Made by a program: the position numbers and the translations under genes. Positions 40,177 to 49,135 of a stretch of DNA of 64,000 nucleotides are shown piece by piece; position 1 is the first letter of the stretch, and each line of letters opens with the position of its first letter. Below the pieces are notes generated by a model. It saw only the letters and a list, made by a program, of their open reading frames with translations, was not told where the DNA came from and made no database searches. Origin of the DNA: Thermoanaerobaculia bacterium (GTDB taxonomy: Bacteria; Acidobacteriota; Thermoanaerobaculia; Thermoanaerobaculales; Sulfomarinibacteraceae); assembly GCA_027067575.1 (NCBI GenBank), contig JAMOVQ010000141.1, positions 26,731 through 90,730 on the forward strand. Reading direction: 5' to 3'.

Positions 40177-41831
40177 GAGCGCCTCCCCACGGCCGGGGAC
40201 CCCTCCGGCGGGACGCCGAGGATCCGCATGGTGTTCCAGGCGAGCCTGGCGAACGCGGGGGCCGCGGTGCTCGAGGCCCAGTGGTCCCGGACCGGGTTCT
40301 CCAGCGCCACCACGATCACGGCCCGGGGCGAGGGCAGCGGGAGGAACCCGGCGAACCAGACCACGTGGTGGACCTCGTCGAACCCTCCGGCCACGGCGCG
40401 CTGGGCCGTGCCGGTCTTGCCCCCAACACGGAACCCGGGGACCGCCGCGGCCTTCCCCGTCCCCTCCGTCACGACCCGTTCCAGCATGCCGGCCACCCGC
40501 CGGGCCAGCGCCCCGTCGAGCACGCGGACCGTGCCGAGGCGGGGCGGGTCGGTGCGGACGAGACGCGGCCGGATCCGCCATCCGCCGTTGGCGATCACCG
40601 CGTACGCCGCGGCGAGCTGGAGCGGCGAGACGGTCAGCTCCTCGCCGAGCCCGAACCCGGCGGGGGTCAGCCGCGACCAGCCGGCCGGGCCCGCCAGGAG
40701 CCCGGCCGTCTCGCCGGGGAAGCCCAGGCCCGGACGCCGACCCAGGCCGAACGCCGCGAAGGTGTCGTGGAGCCGCGCCGGTCCGAGCCGCGCGGCCACC
40801 GCCACCGTGCCGGCGTTGGAGGAGTGGACGATCACCTCGTCCAGGGTGTAGCTGCCCGGCGGGGCGTGGTCCCGGATCCAGCGCCCCTCGAACTCGATCC
40901 CCCGCCGGTGGCAGTCGAACCGCTCTCCGGGCCGGACGGCGCCCGCCGCCAGCGCCGCAGCGGCCAGGAACGGCTTGACCGTGGAGCCCGGCTCCCAGGC
41001 GTCCTGCACCGGGTGGAGCCGCCAGCGGGAGGGCCCTGCCGCCCCGGGCCGCTCCGGATCGAACGACGGCAGGGAGACCAGGGCCAGGAGATCGCCCGAG
41101 TACGGGTCCATCACCACGGCGGCGGCGGAGCGAGCGCCGAGCGACCGCCGGACCTGCTCGAGGTCGGCCTCGCACGATGCCTGGAGCCGGGCCAGGATCG
41201 TCAGCTCGAGGTCGGCGCCCGGGTGCCCCTCCCGCAGCGGGCGGAGCTGGAGCCGCCGCCGGCCCGCGTCGTAGACGGCGAGCATGGTGCCGGGGGTGCC
41301 GGTCAGGCTGACGTCGAACCGCTGCTCGAGCCCCCACCGGCCGACGGTCCGCATGGCCTCCCGGCCCACGAACCCGACCAGCGGTGCCGCCACGGTGCCC
41401 AGTGGGTACGCCCGCGCGGCGTCGGGGACGAGGACCACGGCCCGGGGCGCCAGGGCGCGCACCCGCTCACCGGTGGCCCGGGGCACCTGCTGCGCCAGCC
41501 AGCTCCACCGGCGGTGGAGCCGCCGGGTCACGGTGTCGCGGGGCAGCCCCAGGATCGTGGAGGCCGCCGCGGCGAACAGGTCCGGATAATCGAGCGCCGC
41601 GGAATCGACCTGGATCGTCACGCGCTCCACGGAGCTCGCCAGCAGGTAGCCGTCCGCCGTCCGGATCGATCCGCGCCGGGAGGGCGCCTTGACCTCGCGC
41701 TGGTGCTGCCGCCGGGCCAGGGCGGCCCAGTGAGGGTGCTGGAGAACCATCACCTGGAGGGTCCGCACTCCGGCGATGAGCAGCGCCACGGCCAGGAGCG
41801 CCGCGGTGGCGAGGACGCGGCGGCGCCTCAC
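40173..41831 (-). CDS. ftsI: peptidoglycan D,D-transpeptidase FtsI (class B PBP)
   Basis: In-frame GTG at 41831 in ORF 40173..42110. N-terminal TM; SxxK (GSTVKPF), SxN (HSSNAG), KTG (GGKTGTA). Confidence 0.9.
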   Translation of the reverse strand: MRRRRVLATAALLAVALLIAGVRTLQVMVLQHPHWAALARRQHQREVKAPSRRGSIRTADGYLLASSVERVTIQVDSAALDYPDLFAAAASTILGLPRDTVTRRLHRRWSWLAQQVPRATGERVRALAPRAVVLVPDAARAYPLGTVAAPLVGFVGREAMRTVGRWGLEQRFDVSLTGTPGTMLAVYDAGRRRLQLRPLREGHPGADLELTILARLQASCEADLEQVRRSLGARSAAAVVMDPYSGDLLALVSLPSFDPERPGAAGPSRWRLHPVQDAWEPGSTVKPFLAAAALAAGAVRPGERFDCHRRGIEFEGRWIRDHAPPGSYTLDEVIVHSSNAGTVAVAARLGPARLHDTFAAFGLGRRPGLGFPGETAGLLAGPAGWSRLTPAGFGLGEELTVSPLQLAAAYAVIANGGWRIRPRLVRTDPPRLGTVRVLDGALARRVAGMLERVVTEGTGKAAAVPGFRVGGKTGTAQRAVAGGFDEVHHVVWFAGFLPLPSPRAVIVVALENPVRDHWASSTAAPAFARLAWNTMRILGVPPEGSPAVGRRS

Positions 41832-42172
41832 GGCGCACCCTCCCCGGGCGGCGGCGTCCCGACGGCCCCGGGCGGCGGCGGCACGAGGCCGAGACGGCGG
41901 GCCCGGCGGGCGAGCGCCGAGGGGTTCCGCTCCCGTTCCAGCGCCACGGCAAGCGTGCGCTCCTTCCTGCGGAGCTGCTCCACCTCGGCGCGCAGGCGCA
42001 TCAGGTCGTAGTGGACGGCGATCGTCTGAAGGCGGGGCCAGCCCACGAGGAACAGGAGACCGAGGATCACGGCGCCGAGCATCAGCACGGCGGCGAGGAC
42101 CCGGGGCCACTGGCGGTCGGGCTGCCAGACCGCAGTCCGGCCCGTGGGACGGAGGACGATCGGGCGGGTCAC
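41828..42172 (-). CDS. ftsL: cell division protein FtsL
   Basis: In-frame GTG at 42172 in ORF 41828..42337 (GTGA with the rsmH stop). One TM (VLAAVLMLGAVILGLLFLV) followed by a coiled coil (MRLRAEVEQLRRKERTL). Canonical position. Confidence 0.75.
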   Translation of the reverse strand: MTRPIVLRPTGRTAVWQPDRQWPRVLAAVLMLGAVILGLLFLVGWPRLQTIAVHYDLMRLRAEVEQLRRKERTLAVALERERNPSALARRARRLGLVPPPPGAVGTPPPGEGAP

Positions 42173-43143
42173 CGGTCGTCCTCCCGGAGCCGTTCCGCGG
42201 CGCGGAGACGGGCCGACCGGGCGCGGGGGTTGCCGCCCGTCTCGGCCTCGTCCGGGCGCACGGGCCGCCGCGTCAGGACGCGCACCAGCCGTTCGGCTCC
42301 GCAGCGGCACTCGGGGGCGCCGGGGGGACAGGCGCATCGGCCCGAGAGCCTGCGGAGTGTGTGCTTGACGATGCGGTCCTCCAGGGAGTGGAAGGCGATG
42401 ACGGCGAGGCGGCCGCCGGGGCGGAGCGCGCGGGCGGCGGGCTCGACGAACCGCTCCACCTCGCCCAGCTCGTCGTTGACGGCGATACGAAGCGCCTGGA
42501 ACGTCCGGGTCGCCGGGTGGATCCGTCCCCGCCGCGGCGGGCCGAGCACCTCCAGGACCACCGAGACGAGGTCGGCCGTGGTGGCCACGGGAGCCGTCCG
42601 GCGGCGGCGCACGATCGCCCGCGCGATGGCTCGCGCCCGGCGCTCCTCACCGTACTCGTGGAGGATCCTCACGAGCTCCTCCTCGTCCAGCTCCTCCAGG
42701 AGCTGGGCCGCCGTGGGCCCCGTGGTGCCCATCCGCATGTCGAGCGGGGCGTCGTGGCGGAACGAGAACCCCCGCTCCGGCGTGTCGAGCTGGAGAGAGG
42801 AGCAGCCCAGGTCGGCCAGAATCGCCGCGGGGGGCGGTGCGCCGATGGAGGCCAGGGTGTCGGGAAGCTCCGAGAACCGCCGCTCGAGAAGGGTGACCCG
42901 ATCGCCGAACCGTTCGAGGCGCCGGCGGGCCAGCTCCAGCGCCCGGGGGTCACGGTCGAGGCCGAGGAGCGTGAACCCCGGGACGGCCTCCAGCAGCGCC
43001 TCCGCGTGGCCGCCGAGCCCCACGGTGGCATCGACCACGAGTCCGGGCGCCGCCGGGGCGAGCAGTGCGACGACCTCGTCGCGGAGCACGGGAACGTGGA
43101 CGGTGTGCAACGCCGCCCCCCATTCACCGCTCCGGCCTCGCAA
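42169..43143 (-). CDS. rsmH: 16S rRNA (cytosine1402-N4)-methyltransferase
   Basis: ORF 42169..43143. HVPVLRDEV, GLGGHAEALL, DLGCSSLQLD, FHSLEDRIVK. The start is uncertain: TTG at 43143 overlaps mraZ by 20 nt, and an in-frame TTG at 43110 is the alternative. Confidence 0.9.
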   Translation of the reverse strand: MRGRSGEWGAALHTVHVPVLRDEVVALLAPAAPGLVVDATVGLGGHAEALLEAVPGFTLLGLDRDPRALELARRRLERFGDRVTLLERRFSELPDTLASIGAPPPAAILADLGCSSLQLDTPERGFSFRHDAPLDMRMGTTGPTAAQLLEELDEEELVRILHEYGEERRARAIARAIVRRRRTAPVATTADLVSVVLEVLGPPRRGRIHPATRTFQALRIAVNDELGEVERFVEPAARALRPGGRLAVIAFHSLEDRIVKHTLRRLSGRCACPPGAPECRCGAERLVRVLTRRPVRPDEAETGGNPRARSARLRAAERLREDDR

Positions 43144-43567
43144 GGGTCACCAGCTCCTCCTGGGAAAGGGAGGCGCTCGTCAACAGCTTGGCCGCCCGGT
43201 CCCGCTTGGTGACGGCCAGGTGGTTGATCCGGCCGGAGACCACGACCTCGCCGTCCACCTCCACCGTCTCACGGAGGAGCTGGGGCACCAGGAGCCGGCC
43301 CTGGTCGTCCACCTCGACCTGCTGGCCGTAGTTGACCAGCTCGATGACCTTCATCGCCACGGGGTCGAACGGGTTGAGATCGTCGAGCCGGGCCTCCCAG
43401 CCCTCCCAGACCGCCAGTGGGAAGATCCGCAGCTCCCAGGGAAAGAACGAACAGACGAACACCTCGCGGCCGTACCCGGCCTCGAGCTGTTCCCTCAGAC
43501 GCGCGGGCAGCTTCAGACGCCCCTTGGCGTCGATCGAAGCCGGGTAGCCCCCGCGAAACCGTTCCAT
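43124..43567 (-). CDS. mraZ: transcriptional regulator MraZ
   Basis: In-frame ATG at 43567 in ORF 43124..43651. Two SpoVT-AbrB repeats carry DAKGRLKLP and DDQGRLLVP. First gene of the dcw cluster. Confidence 0.92.
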   Translation of the reverse strand: MERFRGGYPASIDAKGRLKLPARLREQLEAGYGREVFVCSFFPWELRIFPLAVWEGWEARLDDLNPFDPVAMKVIELVNYGQQVEVDDQGRLLVPQLLRETVEVDGEVVVSGRINHLAVTKRDRAAKLLTSASLSQEELVTLARPER

Positions 43568-43612
43568 CTGTCCCCCCTGGCCCGTGCCCGCGACCCCGGA
43601 GAGGATGTCAGG

Positions 43613-43647
43613 TCCACTCCAGGCCAAATTGAGCCACTTCTGTCCAC
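43613..43647 (-). promoter_or_regulatory. candidate MraZ operator: four direct pentamer boxes at exact 10-bp spacing
   Basis: The minus strand reads GTGGA-N5-GTGGC-N5-TTGGC-N5-GTGGA (plus-strand tccac/gccac/gccaa/tccac at 43643, 43633, 43623, 43613). The boxes sit between the candidate -10 and the mraZ ATG. Confidence 0.5.
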
Positions 43648-43650
43648 CCA

Positions 43651-43679
43651 ATCATGGAGGGTTCCGGGGCTGCTGTCAA
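43651..43679 (-). promoter_or_regulatory. candidate sigma-70-type promoter of the dcw operon
   Basis: The minus strand reads TTGACA (43679-43674), a 17-nt spacer, then CATGAT (43656-43651). It lies about 85 nt upstream of the mraZ ATG. Confidence 0.45.
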
Positions 43680-43848
43680 GGGCCGTAGACACGGATTCCC
43701 AGGTTGGATCTCTCGAACCCGCAGCGGGGGACGGCACCATCCGAGGAGACGTCGGGGGATGGGGTCCCCGGACGGTCCGGCGGCAGGGGGCCTCTTCTCC
43801 CGGCGGCGGGGGACCGCCCGCAGGGCGGTACGCGGAAGGGAGGGCTCC

Positions 43849-43881
43849 GGCGGGGCGGGGCAATCGAACCCCGTCCCCGCC
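43849..43881 (-). terminator. GC-rich hairpin just downstream of the DUF302 gene stop
   Basis: GGCGGGGCGGGG-CAATCGAA-CCCCGTCCCCGCC, about 10 nt from the stop at 43892. A second hairpin ACCGCCC-GCA-GGGCGGT lies at about 43813-43829. No clear U-tract. Confidence 0.35.
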
Positions 43882-43891
43882 AACAGGCTGC

Positions 43892-44428
43892 TCAGGAGGT
43901 CTCGGAATCGAGATTCCGAGGCGCCCCGGCCGGGGTCGCCGTCCCTGGCTTCAGGACCTCGGAGAGGAACTGCTCATCGGCCTCCTCGACCTGCTGCATG
44001 GCACGCCGGATCACGCCGGAGAACATCTTCGCCATCAGGCCGATGTTCATCTTCGAGAGCCAGACGGAGCCGTCCTCGAGCTCGTAGACCGCCCACGAGC
44101 ACGGCATGATCCCGGCCATGGGCGGCGTGTCCTGGAGCACGCCGCTGGCCAGCTTCGTATTGCAGACGAAGTAGACCTTGATCTTGCGGAACCCCTCAGG
44201 GACGCACCCCTTCTCGAGGAACCGCCCGTAGAAGTTCCAGGCCGGGATCGGGAACCCCCACCCCTTCGCCGCACCGACCACCCTTTCGATGGCCTCGCAC
44301 GTTTCCTCGAAGCTCCTGCCGCTTCTCCGCGCCACGACCATCCGGGTCCGCATCAGCCACACGACGGCCCATCCGGTCAGGGCCGCTCCGACGATCACAC
44401 CGAGCACCGCTGCGACGATCCAGTTCAT
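43892..44428 (-). CDS. DUF302 domain protein with N-terminal transmembrane anchor
   Basis: ORF 43892..44428. TM segment WIVAAVLGVIVGAALTGWAVVWL, then a DUF302-like core (KGWGFPIPAWNFY...MPCSWAVYELEDGSVWLSKMN). ATGA overlap with the upstream gene. Confidence 0.6.
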   Translation of the reverse strand: MNWIVAAVLGVIVGAALTGWAVVWLMRTRMVVARRSGRSFEETCEAIERVVGAAKGWGFPIPAWNFYGRFLEKGCVPEGFRKIKVYFVCNTKLASGVLQDTPPMAGIMPCSWAVYELEDGSVWLSKMNIGLMAKMFSGVIRRAMQQVEEADEQFLSEVLKPGTATPAGAPRNLDSETS

Positions 44429-45810
44429 GCCTCATCCTCCTTCCGTGCCGGCTCCGGAAACCGCCCGGTCCGGGCGAGCGTCCTCATCAACGGTTCCGAG
44501 CCCCACACCCAGTACGGCTTCGAGGTCTTGGGCGTCAGCTCGGGGTGGGAGGAGTAGCTCATGGTCAGCACGTCCTCCAGGGTCGCCCGCCGCTCGATCA
44601 GCTGTGCGGCGACCTCGACGAACCCCGCCGGGTTGAACGGTCCCAGGATCTCGGCGCCGACGAGCACGAGGCCGTCGGCCCGGTAGAGCAGCTTGACCTC
44701 CACCGGCCGCGTCCCCGGCATGTTGTCGTACTCCGTCGTCGAGGTGTTGCGGCTGACGAGGACCGGGATCCCCGCGGCCTCCGCATCGGCCTCCGAGAGC
44801 CCAGCGCCCCCGTACGCGAGCCCTTCGATCCGGGTGACCGCGGCGTTGACGACGCCGGGGAACGGGCGGGCCGATCCGGAAAGGTTGAGCGCCAACCGGC
44901 GCGCCATCTGCCCGGCGTTGGAGCCCAGCTTGCCCGGGACCGGCTCGCCCGTCACGACGGAGAACGTACGGACGCAGTCGCCGATGGCGTGGACGTCCTC
45001 GAGGTTCGTGCGGAAGTACGGGTCCACGACGATCCCGTCGGGCGCGGTCTCGAGTCCCATCGCCGGCGCGTAGTCGATCATCGGCCTGACGCCGACCGCG
45101 GACAGCACCGCGTCCGTGTCGAACCGCCGCCCGCCATCGACCTCGACGGCGCAGACCCTGTCCTCACCGACGAGGCAGGTCGCGCGGCGGCCCGCCAGGA
45201 GTTCGATCCCCAGCGAGGCGAGGTGCGACTCGATCGCCTCGGCCATGGCCGTGTCGATCCGTCCGCCCATGACGTGGTCCGCCATCTCCACCACGGTCAC
45301 GTCCCGGCCCAGCTTCCGGAGCGCCACGGCGAACTCGAGGCCGATGGATCCGGCGCCGAGCACGGTGACGTGGCGGACGTCCGCCAGCCGCTCGATGGTC
45401 CGCCGGAGGTCCTCGGTCCGCCGCACCTTGAGCACCCGGTCGAGCTCGATCCCGGGGATCGGCGGCAGCACCTGGTCGGTTCCGGTGGCCAGCACGAGCG
45501 TCCGGTACCGGATCCTGCGCCCCGAGGCCGTCTCGATCTCGTGGGCCGCCGGATCGCCGCCGACGAGCGGCTCGACGAGGATCGGCGTGCCGAACCGCGT
45601 CACGAGCTCCTCGGCGATCAGCCCCCGCTCCCAGGGGATCGTCCCCTCGACGATGTAGGGTGTCCCGCAGTGGTTGACGATCCGCGCCTCGTCCCGGATC
45701 ACGAGGGTCTCCAGACCCGGGTTCAGGAGGTGCATGTACTTGTTGAAGATGCGGGTGGCCGGGCCGCCGCCGACCACGACGATGTCGAACTCGTTCCGCT
45801 CGAGCTCCAT
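44425..45810 (-). CDS. FAD-dependent pyridine nucleotide-disulfide oxidoreductase (NADH oxidase / CoA-disulfide reductase-like)
   Basis: ORF 44425..45843 with the start set at MELERNEF (45810), preceded by GGAGGGG. FDIVVVGGGPA, single redox Cys in VNHCGTPY, second Rossmann motif VTVLGAGSIGLEFA, and GDC motif AIGDCV. Confidence 0.8.
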   Translation of the reverse strand: MELERNEFDIVVVGGGPATRIFNKYMHLLNPGLETLVIRDEARIVNHCGTPYIVEGTIPWERGLIAEELVTRFGTPILVEPLVGGDPAAHEIETASGRRIRYRTLVLATGTDQVLPPIPGIELDRVLKVRRTEDLRRTIERLADVRHVTVLGAGSIGLEFAVALRKLGRDVTVVEMADHVMGGRIDTAMAEAIESHLASLGIELLAGRRATCLVGEDRVCAVEVDGGRRFDTDAVLSAVGVRPMIDYAPAMGLETAPDGIVVDPYFRTNLEDVHAIGDCVRTFSVVTGEPVPGKLGSNAGQMARRLALNLSGSARPFPGVVNAAVTRIEGLAYGGAGLSEADAEAAGIPVLVSRNTSTTEYDNMPGTRPVEVKLLYRADGLVLVGAEILGPFNPAGFVEVAAQLIERRATLEDVLTMSYSSHPELTPKTSKPYWVWGSEPLMRTLARTGRFPEPARKEDEA

Positions 45811-45817
45811 GGCCCCT

Positions 45818-45839
45818 CCCCGCGGGGGTTCCCGCGGGG
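45818..45839 (-). promoter_or_regulatory. 5' UTR hairpin overlapping the Shine-Dalgarno of the oxidoreductase gene
   Basis: CCCCGCGGG-GGTT-CCCGCGGGG (9-bp perfect stem). On the minus strand its 3' arm runs into GGGGAGGGGCC-ATG. Confidence 0.35.
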
Positions 45840-45932
45840 ACAAATCCTAACATGAGACTCAGTTGCTTTTATGATCGCTCATGCGTGGATGTGCGGGAAC
45901 ACGGTCCCCTCGCCGGTGTGGAGACGAGAAAC

Positions 45933-45952
45933 GGGCGGGCCGAAGCCCGCCC
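45933..45952 (-). terminator. intrinsic-terminator-like hairpin after the HMGCS/thiolase/DUF35 operon
   Basis: The minus strand reads GGGCGGGC-TTCG-GCCCGCCC followed by GTTTCTCGTCTCC, about 50 nt downstream of the stop at 46002. Confidence 0.55.
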
Positions 45953-46001
45953 TGCCCGCCTCCTCCTTCCTCCGGATCGGCGGGATCCCACGGGATCCCG
46001 C

Positions 46002-46397
46002 TCAGGCGGGTACTGCCTTGTGGCCGTAGAAGATCAGGCCGGCCTCGCCGTCCTCGCTGATCCTCCGGAACTCCAGCTTGACGGGCATGCCGACCGCCAG
46101 CCGGTCCATGTCGGGGACGTCGGCGACCTGGACCATGGTCCGCACGCCGTTCTCCAGCTCCACGAGCGCCAGGACCAGGGGGGCCTGCCCCTGGAACCCC
46201 GTGGGCGGCACATCGATCACCGTGTAGGTGACGATCGTCCCCTTCCGCGGGAGCGTCACCGTCTCGAACTCGCGGCCGCCGCAGTCGGGACAGACCACAC
46301 GCGGCGGGTACAGGATCCGTCCGCAGCCGGTGCACTTCGCCGCCTCGAGACGGTACCGCTGCGGGTGCTCACGCCAGGAACGTCCGGGGGACCTCAT
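46002..46397 (-). CDS. Zn-ribbon/OB-fold protein (DUF35 family)
   Basis: In-frame ATG at 46397 in ORF 46002..47507 (ATGA with the thiolase stop). [19 protein letters not shown] zinc ribbon followed by an OB-like C-terminus (GTIVTYTVI...[16 protein letters not shown]). Confidence 0.8.
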   Translation of the reverse strand: MRSPGRSWREHPQRYRLEAAKCTGCGRILYPPRVVCPDCGGREFETVTLPRKGTIVTYTVIDVPPTGFQGQAPLVLALVELENGVRTMVQVADVPDMDRLAVGMPVKLEFRRISEDGEAGLIFYGHKAVPA

Positions 46398-47557
46398 GAC
46401 TCCACCTCCAGGATGTGTACCACGGCGCTCCCGCCGGAACCGCCCATGGTCTGGGTCAGCCCGATCCGCGCGCCCTCGACCTGCCGCTGCCCCGCCTCGC
46501 CGCGGAGCTGGGTGGCGACCTCCACGACCTGGGCCACGCCGGTGGCGCCGACGGGGTGCCCTTTGGCCTTGAGCCCGCCGGAGGTGTTGACGGGGATCTT
46601 CCCGCCGTGCCCGGTCAGCCCCTTCTCCGCGGCGGGGCCGCCCTGGCCGGGCTCGAAGAACCCCAGCGCCTCGGTGGTCATGATCTCGGCGATGGTGAAG
46701 CAGTCGTGGACCTCGGCGACGTGGATGTCGCCGGGGACGCGGCCCGCCATGGCGTAGGCGCGCTCCGCCGCCTTCCGGACCGCCGGCAGGGAGGTCAGGT
46801 CCTCCCGGTTCGCCAGGGTGATGGTGTCGGTGGCCAGCCCCGACCCGGTGATCCGGACGATGGGCCGGTCCCCGGTGATCTCGCGGGCCACGTCCATGGA
46901 GGCGATGACCACGGCCGCGGCGCCGTCGGTGATCGGGGAGCAGTCGAAGATGTGGAGCGGGTCCGCCACCATGGTGGAACCCAAGACGTCCTCCACCGTC
47001 AGCTTGAGGTGGTACTGGGCGTCGGGGTTGAGCAGGGCGTTGGCGTGGTTCTTGACCGACACCGCGGCGAGCTGCTCGGAGGTCGTGCCGTACTTCGCCA
47101 TGTGGAGCCGGGCCATCATGGCGTACAGGCCCGGGAAGGTGACGCCGTGGAACGCCTCCCACTCCTGGTCCGCCGCCGTGCCCAGGGCGTAGGTCGTCTC
47201 GGCCGTGTCCACGTCGTTCATCTTCTCGACGCCGGTGACGAGGACGATGTCCGAGAGCCCGGAGGCGACCTCGGCGAGCCCCATCCGCAGGGCGAGTCCG
47301 CCCGAGGCGCACGCCGTCTCGACGCGGGCCGCCGGCACGCCGGCCATCCCCAGCTCGTCGGCGAGCAGGGAGGCCAGGTGCTCCTGGCCGACGAACAGCC
47401 CCGGCGACATGCACCCGATGGTGATGTAGTCCACGTGGTCGACGCCGGCGTCGTCCAGGGCGGCGAGGGCGGCCTCGGTCCAGATCGTCCTCAGCGACTT
47501 CTCCCACAGCTCGCCCCAGGCGGTCATGCCGACTCCGATGATGGCAACGTCTCGCAT
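46394..47557 (-). CDS. thiolase (acetyl-CoA C-acetyltransferase, archaeal/SCP-x-like type)
   Basis: ORF 46394..47563. ATG at 47557 lies 5 nt after [18 protein letters not shown], active-site region [12 protein letters not shown]-terminal [14 protein letters not shown]. Confidence 0.85.
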   Translation of the reverse strand: MRDVAIIGVGMTAWGELWEKSLRTIWTEAALAALDDAGVDHVDYITIGCMSPGLFVGQEHLASLLADELGMAGVPAARVETACASGGLALRMGLAEVASGLSDIVLVTGVEKMNDVDTAETTYALGTAADQEWEAFHGVTFPGLYAMMARLHMAKYGTTSEQLAAVSVKNHANALLNPDAQYHLKLTVEDVLGSTMVADPLHIFDCSPITDGAAAVVIASMDVAREITGDRPIVRITGSGLATDTITLANREDLTSLPAVRKAAERAYAMAGRVPGDIHVAEVHDCFTIAEIMTTEALGFFEPGQGGPAAEKGLTGHGGKIPVNTSGGLKAKGHPVGATGVAQVVEVATQLRGEAGQRQVEGARIGLTQTMGGSGGSAVVHILEVES

Positions 47558-47567
47558 GATCACCTCC

Positions 47568-48626
47568 CTACTCGCCGAGGCGGATCTTCCGCCGGAGCTT
47601 GGCGTAGGTCCCGTAGTCGATCTGGATGACGTTCTCGTCGATCTGCGGCCGGGTGCGCGGAGCGCGGTCCCGGACGGCCTCGATGCGGTCCGTCACCTTG
47701 AAAATGAACGAGTCGGACCCGGCGCCGGAGCCGAAGGAGGTCATCAGGATCAGGTCGCCGGGTTTCGCCACGTCCAGCGTCGCCGTCAGCCCGATGGGCG
47801 AGGCGCCGGAGTAGGTGTTGCCGAGCCACGGGGAGAGCCACCCGGGTTCGAGCTGCTCCATGGTGAACCCCAGGCGCTTGCCGACCCGGAGCGGGAACTT
47901 CCCGTTGGGCTGGTGGAAGACGGCGTAGGCGAAATCTCTCGGCTCGAGGCCGGCCTTCTCCATGATCCCCTGCGCCGAGCTCATGATGTGGCGGAAGTAG
48001 GCCGGCTCGCCGGTGAACCGGGAACCGTGCCGGGGGTAGTGCATGTGCTCCCGCCGCCAGAAGTCGGGCGTGTCCGTGGTCCACGAGTAGGTCGCCATCA
48101 CCTCGGCGATGAGCCGGTCCGGGTCCGCCCCGAACAGGAACGCCGCCGCCCCGGCCGCCGCCGAGTACTCCAGCGCGTCGCCGGGCGCTCCCTGGGACGT
48201 GTCGGCGCCGATCCCCATGGCGTACCGGACCTCGCCGGCCTTGACCAGCGACTGGGCCAGGTACATCCCCTCGCTGCCCGCCTTGCAGGCGAACTCGAGG
48301 TCGGCGATGTGGACCTCGGGGACGATCCCCAGCGCCTCGGCCACGATGGTGCCCGACGGCTTCACCGCGTACGGGTGGGACTCCGACCCGACGTAGACGG
48401 CGCCGACCTCGGCGGGATGCACCCCGCCGGACCGTTCGAACGCGTTGCGTGCGGCCTCCACAGCCAGCGTGACGGTGTCCTCGTCCAGCGCCGGGACGGA
48501 CTTCTGGTGGAGTTTGAGGCCACGCTTGTAGCTCGGGGCGTCGGCGCCCCAGACCTTCGCGATCTCCTCCACCCGAATCCGCCTCCGCGGGACGTGGGCA
48601 CCGTACCCGATGATCCCCACGACCAT
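47568..48626 (-). CDS. hydroxymethylglutaryl-CoA synthase (archaeal type)
   Basis: ORF 47568..48656 with the start at MVVGIIGYG (48626) after [22 protein letters not shown] (catalytic Cys context), [18 protein letters not shown]. Confidence 0.8.
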   Translation of the reverse strand: MVVGIIGYGAHVPRRRIRVEEIAKVWGADAPSYKRGLKLHQKSVPALDEDTVTLAVEAARNAFERSGGVHPAEVGAVYVGSESHPYAVKPSGTIVAEALGIVPEVHIADLEFACKAGSEGMYLAQSLVKAGEVRYAMGIGADTSQGAPGDALEYSAAAGAAAFLFGADPDRLIAEVMATYSWTTDTPDFWRREHMHYPRHGSRFTGEPAYFRHIMSSAQGIMEKAGLEPRDFAYAVFHQPNGKFPLRVGKRLGFTMEQLEPGWLSPWLGNTYSGASPIGLTATLDVAKPGDLILMTSFGSGAGSDSFIFKVTDRIEAVRDRAPRTRPQIDENVIQIDYGTYAKLRRKIRLGE

Positions 48627-48830
48627 AGATCCTCCCCCTTCCATCTGGTGTGCCATGACGGTGAACTACCCCGCCGCAGTGTACCGGCGGGTTCCCTGCG
48701 TGTAAAGGGCCGCGGCCCCCGAAGCCGTCGCGCCGTGCGCCTCTCCCATCACCGGTCCTCCACCACCGCGCCACCGGGTGACATTCTTCGTAACGCAGTC
48801 TGGAGTAGACTGGGCGCCGGAGGCACGACG

Positions 48831-49082
48831 ATGGCGATCGACCCCAAGCTGCTGGAGATCCTTGTCTGCCCGGAGGACCACGCGCCGCTCGAACCGGTGG
48901 AGCTCCCCGGGCCGGTCCGCACCCGGCTGGTCGAGCACTTCCGGGAACAGCTCAAGGACGAGGAGCCGGTGGTTGAGACCGGGCTCCGGTGCACGCGGTG
49001 CGGCCGGGTGTACCCCGTGGTCTCGGACATCCCCGTGATGCTCCTGGACGAGGCGCTCGCCCCCGGGGAGGTCGAGAGCTGA
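48831..49082 (+). CDS. Trm112 family protein
   Basis: In-frame ATG at 48831 in ORF 47526..49082. LLEILVCPEDHAPL...LRCTRCGRVYPVVSDIPVML. Confidence 0.8.
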   Translation: MAIDPKLLEILVCPEDHAPLEPVELPGPVRTRLVEHFREQLKDEEPVVETGLRCTRCGRVYPVVSDIPVMLLDEALAPGEVES

Positions 49083-49135
49083 TCACCGCCAGGCGCCTCG
49101 CGGTCCGTGCCCACCGTACCGGAGTGGCGGCCAGC

